Positions 37,349 to 46,676 of a DNA stretch of 64,000 bases are shown here, one piece after another (within the stretch, counting starts at the first letter, position 1; the number at the start of each line of letters is the position of its first letter). Position numbers and translations under genes: made by a program. The notes under the pieces are model-generated. The model was not told the DNA's origin. It made no database searches and saw only the letters and a program-made list of their open reading frames with translations. The DNA is from Acidobacteriaceae bacterium (GTDB taxonomy: Bacteria > Acidobacteriota > Terriglobia > Terriglobales > Acidobacteriaceae), in the NCBI GenBank assembly GCA_027452125.1, contig DAIDGZ010000082.1, forward strand, positions 26,828-90,827. The letters run 5' to 3'.

Positions 37349-38236
37349 TTAGAAGCCGTTCGCGTGGAGTGCGAAGACCACTACTGAAGCTACCAGGCAG
37401 TAGACGCCGAACCAGTGCCAGCGGCCCGACTCCAGCCAGCTGCTCAGCCATTTCAGTGCTAGCAGGCCAGCAATGAACGAGAAAACCATGCCCAGCAGGC
37501 TGGTGGCGATGGAGGTGTGCAGATCGATGGGTGTGCCCGTTGCCGCGGCAGCATGCGAGGCCTTAAGAAGACGCATCAACTCCATCACGTCCACCACCGG
37601 GGTGAGCAGCACCGCGAGCGCGAAGCTGAAGCGCTCGGCGGTCTCCTTGGCGGAGCCGACCAGCATGCCTGCAGAGATGGTGGAGCCAGAGCGGGAGAAG
37701 CCGCGGAAGGGCAGCGCCAGGCCCTGCACCACGCCCATCCATCCGGCCTGGACCAAGGTAAGCTCGTTGGCATCTTCGCGGAAGGGCGCGGAAAGGTCTT
37801 TGTGCTTCTCGGTCAGTCCGGCAATGAAGATGAGGATGCCCACAGCGAAGAGGGCGGGGGCAATCAGCTCCAGGTGGCTGAAGAGCATTTCAATCTGCGC
37901 CTTGGGAGCGTTGTGAAAGTAGGTCATTTCGATTAGCTTCTTGAGCGCCTCGCCCACGAGACCGGTGAGCAGCGTCGCCCAGAAGACCTGTGTGGCGAAG
38001 CGCTTGAAGCCCTCGGCACTGGCGAAGTAGGTGCGCCGCCAGGTTTGCCAGAAGTAAGCGATGACGGCAAACATGGTGCCTGTGTGCAGCATGACCAGCA
38101 AGAGGGTCATCTGCGGGGAAGACGGGTCGAGTCCCATGAGCTTTTCAGCGACCACCACGTGGGCTGAGCTGGAGATGGGTAACAACTCTGCGAGCCCCTG
38201 CACGATCGCCAGGAGAATGATTTTGAGAATCGGCAT
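37349..38236 (-). CDS. uppP: Undecaprenyl-diphosphate phosphatase
   Basis: VQGLAELLPISSSAH, LHTGT, GFSRSGSTI, FSF.LA. Confidence 0.93.
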   Translation of the reverse strand: MPILKIILLAIVQGLAELLPISSSAHVVVAEKLMGLDPSSPQMTLLLVMLHTGTMFAVIAYFWQTWRRTYFASAEGFKRFATQVFWATLLTGLVGEALKKLIEMTYFHNAPKAQIEMLFSHLELIAPALFAVGILIFIAGLTEKHKDLSAPFREDANELTLVQAGWMGVVQGLALPFRGFSRSGSTISAGMLVGSAKETAERFSFALAVLLTPVVDVMELMRLLKASHAAAATGTPIDLHTSIATSLLGMVFSFIAGLLALKWLSSWLESGRWHWFGVYCLVASVVVFALHANGF

Positions 38237-38388
38237 GATCTCAGTGTACAGGCGGCCTTGTGGAGAGATTGCAAATCGGCGTGTAGGCGCGGGAGGCGGC
38301 GGATAAGCCGCACCGCGGGCCGATTTGGATGCATCCAAATTGAGAGTAATTTGCAGCCGCTACGATACGGGAAAGAGGGAAGACAGGT

Positions 38389-39270
38389 ATGAAGATTGGG
38401 TTTCTAGGACTGGGCAATATGGGAGCGCCGATGGCACAGCTGCTGCTGGCGGCTGGTCATAAGGTGACAGTGTGGAATCGCACCCGCGCGCGGGCCGAGG
38501 CGCTGGCCGCTGCCGGCGCAGAGATGGCCGCAACTCCGGCGGAGGCAGTGGGTGAGGCAGAGGTGGCCATGACCATGCTGTTTGACGATGAGGCGCACGA
38601 GCAGGCGATCTTCGGGCCGGCCGGCCTGCTGGATGCGCTGCCGGCAGGTGCGCTACACGTGGCGCACTCCACTATCAGCGTGGCGCTGAGCGAACGGCTA
38701 ACGGCGGAGCATGTGCGCCGCGGGCAGCAGTTTGTGGCCGCGCCGGTGTTTGGCCGGCCGAATGTAGCCGCTGCCGGCCGTCTGTGGATCGTGGTGGCTG
38801 GGCCAGACGATGCCTTGGAGCGCGCACGTCCTCTACTGGAGCCGCTCTCGCGCGGCATCACAATGGTGGGCAAGGAGCCGCGCCAGGCGCACGCCGTCAA
38901 GCTGGGAGGTAACTTCCTGATCAGTGCGATGATCCACTCGCTGGGCGAGTCGTTTGTCTACGCAGAGCGGCAGGGAATTGATCCAGAAGTATTTTCAGAA
39001 ACGGTCAACAGTGCGCTCTTCCAATCGCCTTTCTATGCGGCGTATTCGAATGTGATGCTGCATCCGCCGGAGCAGGTGGGAGCGACCGTGGATCTGGGCG
39101 CCAAGGATCTGCGCCTGCTGCGCGAGGCTGCGGCCAGCCGCAATACCCGGCTCAGCCTGGCAGATAATCTGGCTGATGTCTTTGCCGAGGCCAAACAAAT
39201 TGGCCTGGCAGACGAAGACTGGGCGGTGGGACAGTACCGCATGGCGCAACGGCGCGGCCTGCTGACATGA
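38389..39270 (+). CDS. Beta-hydroxyacid dehydrogenase family oxidoreductase
   Basis: IGFLGLGNMGAPMA, WNRT, APVFG, VKL..N, KDLRL. Confidence 0.92.
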   Translation: MKIGFLGLGNMGAPMAQLLLAAGHKVTVWNRTRARAEALAAAGAEMAATPAEAVGEAEVAMTMLFDDEAHEQAIFGPAGLLDALPAGALHVAHSTISVALSERLTAEHVRRGQQFVAAPVFGRPNVAAAGRLWIVVAGPDDALERARPLLEPLSRGITMVGKEPRQAHAVKLGGNFLISAMIHSLGESFVYAERQGIDPEVFSETVNSALFQSPFYAAYSNVMLHPPEQVGATVDLGAKDLRLLREAAASRNTRLSLADNLADVFAEAKQIGLADEDWAVGQYRMAQRRGLLT

Positions 39271-39317
39271 GCGGCGGCGGTCACTGCGGAAACCACTTCT
39301 TGCACTAGAGTGAAGAT

Positions 39318-40091
39318 ATGGGAATGAGTCTGAAGGGAAAGATTGTTTTTATTACGGGCGCCAGTGCCGGTATTGGTGCAGCCACAGCTCTGGCATTTGC
39401 CGCGGAAAGGGCGCGTCTGCTGCTGGCCGCTCGTCGTGTCACCAAACTGGGAGAGGTGGCCTCGCTGGCCATGGAGAGTGGTGCAGCCGGGGTACATTCC
39501 ATCCAACTCGATGTGCGCCATCGTCATGCCGTGCAGAGTGCAATCGATGAGTTGCCCGAGGAGTGGGCGCAGATCGACGTGCTCGTGAACAATGCCGGTT
39601 TGAGCCGAGGCTTGGAAAAGCTCTATACCGGCAAGGTGGAGGACTGGGAAGAGATGATTGACACAAATGTGAAGGGGCTGCTGTACGTGACGCGCGCAGT
39701 GGTTCCGGGCATGGTGGTGCGGGGCCGCGGGCATGTGATCAATCTTGGCTCGACGGCGGGCGAAATGACCTATCCCAATGGCGCAGTCTACTGCGCCAGC
39801 AAGGCGGCTGCACATGCCATCAATGACGGCCTGCGGGAGGATCTGCTGGGGACCCCGGTGAGAGTGACTTCCATCAATCCGGGCATGGTGGAGACGGACT
39901 TTAGCCTAGTTCGCTTCCACGGCGACTCGACCCGCGCGGCGAAGGTGTACCAAGGGCTGACCCCGTTGACGCCCGAGGATGTGGCCGATGCCATTGTGTG
40001 GGCGGCCAGCCGGCCAGCGCACGTTAATATTGCCCGCGTCACCATGACCACGGTGCATCAGGCGAACAGCCTGCTCTTCCACCGCGAATAG
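39318..40091 (+). CDS. SDR oxidoreductase (YdfG-like)
   Basis: TGASAGIG, NNAG, YCASK, PGMVET. Confidence 0.94.
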   Translation: MGMSLKGKIVFITGASAGIGAATALAFAAERARLLLAARRVTKLGEVASLAMESGAAGVHSIQLDVRHRHAVQSAIDELPEEWAQIDVLVNNAGLSRGLEKLYTGKVEDWEEMIDTNVKGLLYVTRAVVPGMVVRGRGHVINLGSTAGEMTYPNGAVYCASKAAAHAINDGLREDLLGTPVRVTSINPGMVETDFSLVRFHGDSTRAAKVYQGLTPLTPEDVADAIVWAASRPAHVNIARVTMTTVHQANSLLFHRE

Positions 40092-40135
40092 CGGCAGGCG
40101 GGTGAAACAGGTGCTGCCGGATTCCTGCCTGGGCG

Positions 40136-40360
40136 CTATCCCAGGGCTTCGATCTGTGCCTCAATCTGTGCCAGAGCCGCCTCCAGCGCTGCCCGCCGGG
40201 CGGGGTTGGAGGTGCGCTGGGAGAGGATATTCTCTCGCTGCAGGTTCAGGGCCTGTTTCTGGCGCATCTCGTCTGCGCGGCGCAGGTTGGCCTGACGCTT
40301 GTCTACTTCGCTCATTGAGCCTCCGGGAGTGATCTCCGATTGCTCTATGGCATTCGCCAT
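40136..40360 (-). CDS. Small helical hypothetical protein
   Basis: AGGAGG RBS before ATG 40360; LNLQRENILSQRTSNPARRAALEAALAQIE. Confidence 0.7.
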   Translation of the reverse strand: MANAIEQSEITPGGSMSEVDKRQANLRRADEMRQKQALNLQRENILSQRTSNPARRAALEAALAQIEAQIEALG

Positions 40361-40479
40361 CGTAGCCTCCTGGGATAGAGTGGGTGGAATCATGAGACCT
40401 ACTTCTATTTTACGGGGGACCAGCGGAAGCCGTCTCATTTGACCGCAAGTTCCACACGGACAAGGAGTAGGATGGGGCC

Positions 40480-41484
40480 ATGCGCGCATGGCAGATATCG
40501 TCGTTTGGTATTGAGCATTTGCAATTTGTGGAGCGGCCTACGCCGATTCCCGGTCCCGGCGAAGTGTTGGTGGGGATTCGTGCTATCTCCTTGAATTACA
40601 GGGATCTTCTGATGATTCGCGGCCTGTATAACCCGCGCATGAAGCTGCCCCGTATCCCCTGCTCCGACGGCGCAGGAGAGGTGGTGGCGGTAGGGGAAGG
40701 CGTGACCGCCTGGAAGCCTGGCGACCGCGTGGCGGGAATTTTTATGCAGAACTGGCTGGACGGGCCGTTGACCGCTCCCCGGGCCCGTGGCGCTCTAGGC
40801 GGCGACATCGATGGTGTTTTGGCAGATTGCCTGGTGGTGCGCGAGACCGGACTGGTGGGTATTCCTCCACACCTGAGCTTTCAGGAGGCGGCCACGCTGC
40901 CCTGCGCCGCAGTAACCGCTTGGAATGCGTTGAATGCCGGCGACGTGAAGCCGGGAAGCACTGTGCTGGTGCAAGGAACGGGCGGTGTCTCGATCTTCGC
41001 TATCCAGTTTGCACGGCTGCGCGGCGCGCGCGTCATCGGCGTCTCCTCCAGCTATGAGAAGCTGGAACGGGCGGCAGGGCTGGGGCTCGATGCCGGACTC
41101 AACTACCGGGATAACCCGGAGTGGGACCGCTGGGCGCTGGACCAGACCGGCGGCGAGGGCGTGGACCTGGTAGTGGAAGTGGGCGGCGCGGGTACATTGG
41201 CGCGTTCACTGCGGGCACTGCGTTTTGGCGGTACCATTGCGCAGGTGGGTGTCCTAGCCGAGTCGGCGGAGCCGTTCCCAGTACCCATGGTGCTGCACAA
41301 AATGGCGCGAATTCACGGCATCTACGTGGGCTCGCGTCGCGATTTTGTGGATATGATCCGGGCCATCTCGCTGACCCAACTGCGTCCGGTGGGCGAGGAG
41401 TTCCACTGGACGCAGGCCCGCGAAGTGCTGGACAAGATGGCCGAGGCCAACCACTTCGGCAAGCTGGTGCTAAGTGTGGACTAA
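40480..41484 (+). CDS. MDR (zinc-type alcohol dehydrogenase-like) oxidoreductase
   Basis: SLNYRD, PCSDGAGEV, LPCAAVTAWNAL, GTGGVS, HFGKLV. Confidence 0.93.
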   Translation: MRAWQISSFGIEHLQFVERPTPIPGPGEVLVGIRAISLNYRDLLMIRGLYNPRMKLPRIPCSDGAGEVVAVGEGVTAWKPGDRVAGIFMQNWLDGPLTAPRARGALGGDIDGVLADCLVVRETGLVGIPPHLSFQEAATLPCAAVTAWNALNAGDVKPGSTVLVQGTGGVSIFAIQFARLRGARVIGVSSSYEKLERAAGLGLDAGLNYRDNPEWDRWALDQTGGEGVDLVVEVGGAGTLARSLRALRFGGTIAQVGVLAESAEPFPVPMVLHKMARIHGIYVGSRRDFVDMIRAISLTQLRPVGEEFHWTQAREVLDKMAEANHFGKLVLSVD

Positions 41485-41509
41485 CTAATTCGATACCGAT
41501 TCGGTTTCC

Positions 41510-43006
41510 CTACTCGCGGTAGAGCGGGGGACGGTCCGGCGCCTTGTGTTCTGCGGCTGCTACGCTTTTCTTGACGCGCAGATTGTTGAGCGCATTCTCA
41601 ACGAAGCGTGGCTCAAAGTGCGGCGGCTCCTCCACGAAGCGACAGCTTGCTACAACCTGATCCACGATGAAGCGCGGCTGATAGGCAGCCAGTTCCATGC
41701 CCTTTTCTATCTGGATCTTGTAGACAATGGCGGCGAAGATGTCGTCGGTCAGCGCGACCCCCTGCCGCGTGCTTTCTTTCTCAAAGATCTGCCGGTAATG
41801 GTGAATATCGGGGGCGCCGACCTCGATCTTGTAGGGCAGGCGGCGCAGGAAGGCCGGATCCATTAGATCTTCAGGCTCGATGTTGGTGGAGAAGATGATT
41901 AGCTCTTCAAACGGGATGCTGAAGCTCTTGCCCGTGTGCAGCTTGAGGAAGTCCAGGCGGCTTTCCAGGGGCACAATCCAGCGGTTGAGCAGGGCAGCGG
42001 GGCTGACTAGTTGACGGCCGAAGTCATCGATTAGGAAGCAGCCGCCAAGAGCCTTCATGTGCAACGGCGCTTCGTAGAAGTGGCCGGCCTCGTCGTAGCG
42101 CAGGTCGAGCATCTCCAGAGTCAGTTCGCCGCCGGCCACGACAAAAGGGCGTTTGCAGGGAACCCAGCGAGCATCGAAGATCTGCTTACGGACGAGGGTG
42201 AACTCCAGATCCTCCTCGACGCCGGCAGATTCCACGGCGGCATGGAGGCTGGGGTCGAAGACGCGGATGATCTGTCCCTCCACAAAGATCGCGTAGGGCA
42301 CATAGATGATGTCACTGAAGACGCTGGCCAGGCTCATGGCAACGGAGGTTTTGCCGTTGCCCGGCGGCCCGTAGAGCAGGATGGCGCGGCCGGAGTTGAG
42401 GGCAGGGCCGCATTGTTCCAGCAGATTATCGTCAAAGAAGAGACCTGAAATTGCTTTGCGGATGCGCTCCATGGTAATGACTTCGTTGGTGGGCATCTGC
42501 AGGCGGACGCGCTCGATGAACTCCTCGATGGGCACAGGCGCGGGACCGGCGTAACCTACACGCTGCAGCGCCTCGATGGTCCAGCGCTGCCCCTCATCGG
42601 TCATGGCGTAGTTGATCTCACCCAGGCCACCCTCGCGGGAGCCCAGGGTATAAAGCAGCTTGCGATCAATGGCCTGCTGTACCAGATCCTTGACGATGTG
42701 GTACGGCAGCTTGATCGCGTCCACGAACTGGTTCATCGTCTCCAGTCGGCTGGAATAGACAAGCTTCATCAGCAAGCCCACCAGTTCGGCGGGGTCGATG
42801 CCCGCGGCCTGCAAGGTTTGCGGCTCAGCAGGGATGCGATGCAGGAAGGTATCCAGGGCATTCTGGGTAAGGGCACCAAAGGCAACAAGATTTTCGCCCA
42901 GCCTGCCGCCCTGGGTTTTCTGCCTCTCGAGTGCCTGGGTGACATCTTGGGCGGTGACCAATTTACTGCGAATCAAAAGATCGCCTAAGTTTAGCCGCGT
43001 ATCGAT
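41510..43006 (-). CDS. AAA-type ATPase with N-terminal MshEN domain
   Basis: Walker A GPPGNGKT, Walker B FLIDDFGRQ, DPAFLRR; N-terminus (N/R)LG..L....(V/L)T repeated twice. Start uncertain (ATC 43006 or TTG 42976). Confidence 0.85.
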   Translation of the reverse strand: MDTRLNLGDLLIRSKLVTAQDVTQALERQKTQGGRLGENLVAFGALTQNALDTFLHRIPAEPQTLQAAGIDPAELVGLLMKLVYSSRLETMNQFVDAIKLPYHIVKDLVQQAIDRKLLYTLGSREGGLGEINYAMTDEGQRWTIEALQRVGYAGPAPVPIEEFIERVRLQMPTNEVITMERIRKAISGLFFDDNLLEQCGPALNSGRAILLYGPPGNGKTSVAMSLASVFSDIIYVPYAIFVEGQIIRVFDPSLHAAVESAGVEEDLEFTLVRKQIFDARWVPCKRPFVVAGGELTLEMLDLRYDEAGHFYEAPLHMKALGGCFLIDDFGRQLVSPAALLNRWIVPLESRLDFLKLHTGKSFSIPFEELIIFSTNIEPEDLMDPAFLRRLPYKIEVGAPDIHHYRQIFEKESTRQGVALTDDIFAAIVYKIQIEKGMELAAYQPRFIVDQVVASCRFVEEPPHFEPRFVENALNNLRVKKSVAAAEHKAPDRPPLYRE

Positions 43007-43067
43007 GGGGGGACCTCCGTGGTGGTGCGCGATGCAACCCTGATTGCTGATTATCAGTATCTTTGTT

Positions 43068-44069
43068 TTAGCTGAAGCCTAGCACCGGGTGGGGGACGTA
43101 CAGCTCTTCAAGAGATTTCATTTCGCTGGCAGTCAGGTGCAGATCCAGCGCGGCTGCGGCATCGGCAAGGTGATGCGGCTTGGTGGCTCCGACGATGGGC
43201 GCGGTAACACCCGGCTTGGCCAGCAGCCAGGCCAGCGCCACCTGTGCGCGGGGAACTCCGCGCTGTTCGGCCGCCTGCCCCAGCCGGTCAATGACCTTGT
43301 GATCGGCCTCTTCGGTGCGTGAGTAGAGAGATTTGCCGAAGGCATCGGTCTCGAGGCGAAGGGTGCTCTGCCCATGCCAGGGGCGGGCCAGTCGGCCGCG
43401 GGCCAGCGGACTCCAGGGGATGACGCCGATGCCTTCCTCCAGACAGAGACCCATCATCTCCCGCTCCTCTTCGCGGTAGAGCAGGTTGTAGTGGTTCTGC
43501 ATGGAAACGAAGCGCGTCCAGCCGCGGCGATCCGCTAGATAGAGCGCCTTGGCGAGCTGCCAGGCGTACATGGACGAGGCACCGATGTAGCGGACCTTGC
43601 CCGCTTTGACCACATCATGCAACACTTCGAGGGTTTCCTCTATGGATGTCTCTGGATCCCAGCGATGAATCTGGTACAGGTCTACGTAGTCGGTTTCCAG
43701 GCGGCGCAGGCTCTCGTCCAACTCGTGCAGGATCGCCTTACGGGATAGGCCGCCGCCGTTGGGCTCTTCGCGCATCACGCCGTGCACCTTGGTGGCGATT
43801 ACGACGGATTCCCGTCGCATATTGGCCTTGAGAAAGCGGCCTACGACGCGCTCGCTGTCGCCGCTCGCATAAACGTTTGCCGTGTCGAAGAAGTTGATGC
43901 CCATATCCAGAGCCTGCCGCAGGTAGGGGCGGCTTTCTTCTTCGTTCAGGGTCCATGCGTGGCGGCCAGGCAGGGGCTTCTCGGTAGCCGGCGCCTTTCC
44001 ATAGGTCATGCAGCCCAGGCAGATCCGCGAAACCTTGAGTCCGGTCCTGCCGAGATTGATGTAGTCCAT
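43068..44069 (-). CDS. Aldo/keto reductase
   Basis: LGRTGLKVSRICLGCM, FDTANVY, IATK, DLYQIHRWD, PWSPLARG; GAGGAG RBS. Confidence 0.95.
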   Translation of the reverse strand: MDYINLGRTGLKVSRICLGCMTYGKAPATEKPLPGRHAWTLNEEESRPYLRQALDMGINFFDTANVYASGDSERVVGRFLKANMRRESVVIATKVHGVMREEPNGGGLSRKAILHELDESLRRLETDYVDLYQIHRWDPETSIEETLEVLHDVVKAGKVRYIGASSMYAWQLAKALYLADRRGWTRFVSMQNHYNLLYREEEREMMGLCLEEGIGVIPWSPLARGRLARPWHGQSTLRLETDAFGKSLYSRTEEADHKVIDRLGQAAEQRGVPRAQVALAWLLAKPGVTAPIVGATKPHHLADAAAALDLHLTASEMKSLEELYVPHPVLGFS

Positions 44070-44353
44070 GGTTTCTCCTCGGTACGAGTGTAAATCTGTT
44101 GCGTGCGGTACTCGTACAATGATTGAAGAAGAGGGTGTGTGCCTTTTTGGGCGTGCTTCTCCCCGCGAACTTGGCGGTGCAGATTCATGCCCACGTCCGC
44201 TTGACTGCATCCGCTGCGGGGCGCAGGATCAAGTAAAATAAGCAGTTACGATCCGGAAGAACTCGGACCGCAACTACGTGTGATAGACGCGGGTAGATTC
44301 CAGCAGTTGCTGGAATCTTCGGTGTTGCGGCGCAATGGAGAGCGCCAGTCGCC

Positions 44354-46651
44354 TTGCGGAAATCCCCCTACAAACCGGGCAGGCAACATGCGGCAGCTGC
44401 GCTCGTGTGCACACCTCTGGATTTACGTCTGCTGGTCCTGGCGTTGGCGCCGGTTCTGTTGGCGATAGCGGGGTGCGGTGATGCCGGTCTGGTTACCGGC
44501 GGGGCTAACCCAGGCTTTTCCATCACCCCGGGCGTGGCCGCGATTGACACCAACTGTGCTGGTTGCAATGCCGCGAGCGCATCCGGCCAGCCGGTAGAGC
44601 AGTTCGTGGCTCATCAGTCTTCTGGTATAGATGCACCGGTGGTGTGGTCGGTGACTGGTGGTGATCCGGTGAGCGGTCCGGGCAGCATCAGCGCCGCCGG
44701 GCAGTACACTCCGCCGAGTTATCTTACCGTCGATCGCGTCTCGGTGCGTATCACCGCCCGGCTGGCAGCCAACCCGGCAGTCGCGGCCAGTACTTCACTG
44801 ACTCTGACTCCCGGATTCCTGCAGCCACTCACGCCGGAGAATGCGGCGGTGGGTGCGGCAGGCAAACTGACCGTGACTGGATATCTTGCGGAGGCGGGCG
44901 GGAGCCTGGGCATCGCGTTTACACTGGCCGGGGCGCCGGATGGTACAGGGGGCGGCCAGGGGGCACTGAGCTCAGCGCATTGCACGCGCGGCGGTTCGTC
45001 CTTCACTACATGCACGGTCACCTATACAGCACCAGCCTTAATAGAGACCACTGATGTGACCTACCTCATGGCGAAGGTCGATGCCACGCCCTCGCGTACT
45101 TTGACTCAGGTGCTGTTGAATGGGGCGGGCGTCTCCAGTAATCCGGCGGCCCACCAGGCGCACTTGAGCACGCCGATTGCACTGGGCAGCTCCGGCGGCA
45201 ACAACAACGACTATGACGCGCACGACAACCAGATTGTCGATTGCTGTGGCGGCACTCTCGGCGCACTAGTACAGGACAACAGTGGGCGCCAGTATCTGCT
45301 AAGCAACAATCACGTGCTGGCTCGTAGCGACCACGCAAATGTGGGCGATGCCATCGTACAGCCAGGGCTGATTGACAACAACTGTACGCCGTACGGCGAT
45401 GGCTCGGGCATTGTGCCGGTGGCTTCGCTCACAGAGTGGCTGCCGCTGCGGTCTAGCCAGACCAATGTTGATGCAGCGATTGCGCAGGTGAACTCCGGTG
45501 CGGTGAATGCCGGCGGCAGCATACTGGAACTTGGCCCGATGCAGTCCGATGGTACTCTGGCGGCGGCTCCGCCGGGCGTGACCTCGAGCGGAGGCACGGG
45601 AGAGGCGGCTTCATTGCTGCTGCGCGTGGCCAAAAGCGGACGGACCACTGGGTTGACCTGCGGCACTATCACCGCTTTGGGGCTGGATGTGAGCGTGGAC
45701 TACTACCGCGATTGCGCGGAGACGCAGCCCTACCTGACCCGCATTTTCACCAACCAGATAGCCATTAGCGGCAATCAGTTTAGTGATGCCGGCGACTCCG
45801 GCGCGCTGGTGGTGGACGCGGCAAATGCTGAGCCGGTTGGGCTGCTCTTTGCCGGTGGCGTGGACAGCGCGGGCGTGAGCCAGGCAGTGGCCAGCCCGGC
45901 ACAGGACGTGCTCAATGAGTTGGGAACTGAGGCGGGTAGCGGACGGCAGTTTCGCTTTGTGGGCGGCGTCGATCACAATGTGAGTTGTCTCAACTATGGC
46001 AACAGCGCCGTAACCCAGGCCCAGGCAGTGACTCTTTCCGCGGCACAACAGGGCCGTGCGCAGCAGGCGCTGGCGCAGGCTCGCATGCTAATCAACCGGA
46101 GTACGGGAATTCTCGGCGTCGCTGCCGGCAAGAGCAGTGATCATCCAGGCGAGGCTGCGGTAATTCTCTATGTTGATCAGAAACGCGCCGTGGACGTGCC
46201 CGCGATCATAGCTGGTGTTCGCACACTTGTGGTGCCGGCAACGGTCAGTGCGGTAGCCCAGGGAATGGCGGCGCGGACTCCACAGCAGAGCGATGTCACT
46301 GTGACCTTGAGCGCCGCGCAGTTGAGCCAGGCGCTTGCCGTCAAGCAGCAGGTGGCGCGTACGCTGTTGCGCAACAGCTCCGGCTTCTTCGCAGTGGGCG
46401 TAGGCCAGAGCCTGGACGACCCTTACGAAGCTGCACTGATTGTGTATGTTGATCGCCATCGCGTGCCCACGACGCTGCCGCCTGTGCTGAGCGGTCTGCG
46501 TACACGCTATATCTTCATGGACCGTCTGCACGTGTCGCGTTCATATGCTACACATGAGCCGCAACGCAGTCGGTGTTTGCTGCACCCTGTGCCGCCGGTC
46601 GGCGTGGACATTTCACGCTACTTCCAGCCGCACTTGCAGGATCTCTTCTGA
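44354..46651 (+). CDS. Exported (lipo)protein with Ig-like region and NAL1-type trypsin-like serine protease domain
   Basis: Lipobox-like IAGC, GTLGALV, LLSNNHVLA (His), DAAIA (Asp), KSGRTTGLT.G, FS.AGDSGA (Ser), VGLLFAG. Start uncertain. Confidence 0.82.
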   Translation: MRKSPYKPGRQHAAAALVCTPLDLRLLVLALAPVLLAIAGCGDAGLVTGGANPGFSITPGVAAIDTNCAGCNAASASGQPVEQFVAHQSSGIDAPVVWSVTGGDPVSGPGSISAAGQYTPPSYLTVDRVSVRITARLAANPAVAASTSLTLTPGFLQPLTPENAAVGAAGKLTVTGYLAEAGGSLGIAFTLAGAPDGTGGGQGALSSAHCTRGGSSFTTCTVTYTAPALIETTDVTYLMAKVDATPSRTLTQVLLNGAGVSSNPAAHQAHLSTPIALGSSGGNNNDYDAHDNQIVDCCGGTLGALVQDNSGRQYLLSNNHVLARSDHANVGDAIVQPGLIDNNCTPYGDGSGIVPVASLTEWLPLRSSQTNVDAAIAQVNSGAVNAGGSILELGPMQSDGTLAAAPPGVTSSGGTGEAASLLLRVAKSGRTTGLTCGTITALGLDVSVDYYRDCAETQPYLTRIFTNQIAISGNQFSDAGDSGALVVDAANAEPVGLLFAGGVDSAGVSQAVASPAQDVLNELGTEAGSGRQFRFVGGVDHNVSCLNYGNSAVTQAQAVTLSAAQQGRAQQALAQARMLINRSTGILGVAAGKSSDHPGEAAVILYVDQKRAVDVPAIIAGVRTLVVPATVSAVAQGMAARTPQQSDVTVTLSAAQLSQALAVKQQVARTLLRNSSGFFAVGVGQSLDDPYEAALIVYVDRHRVPTTLPPVLSGLRTRYIFMDRLHVSRSYATHEPQRSRCLLHPVPPVGVDISRYFQPHLQDLF

Positions 46652-46676
46652 GCAACTCGCGTACACTGCACCTAGC

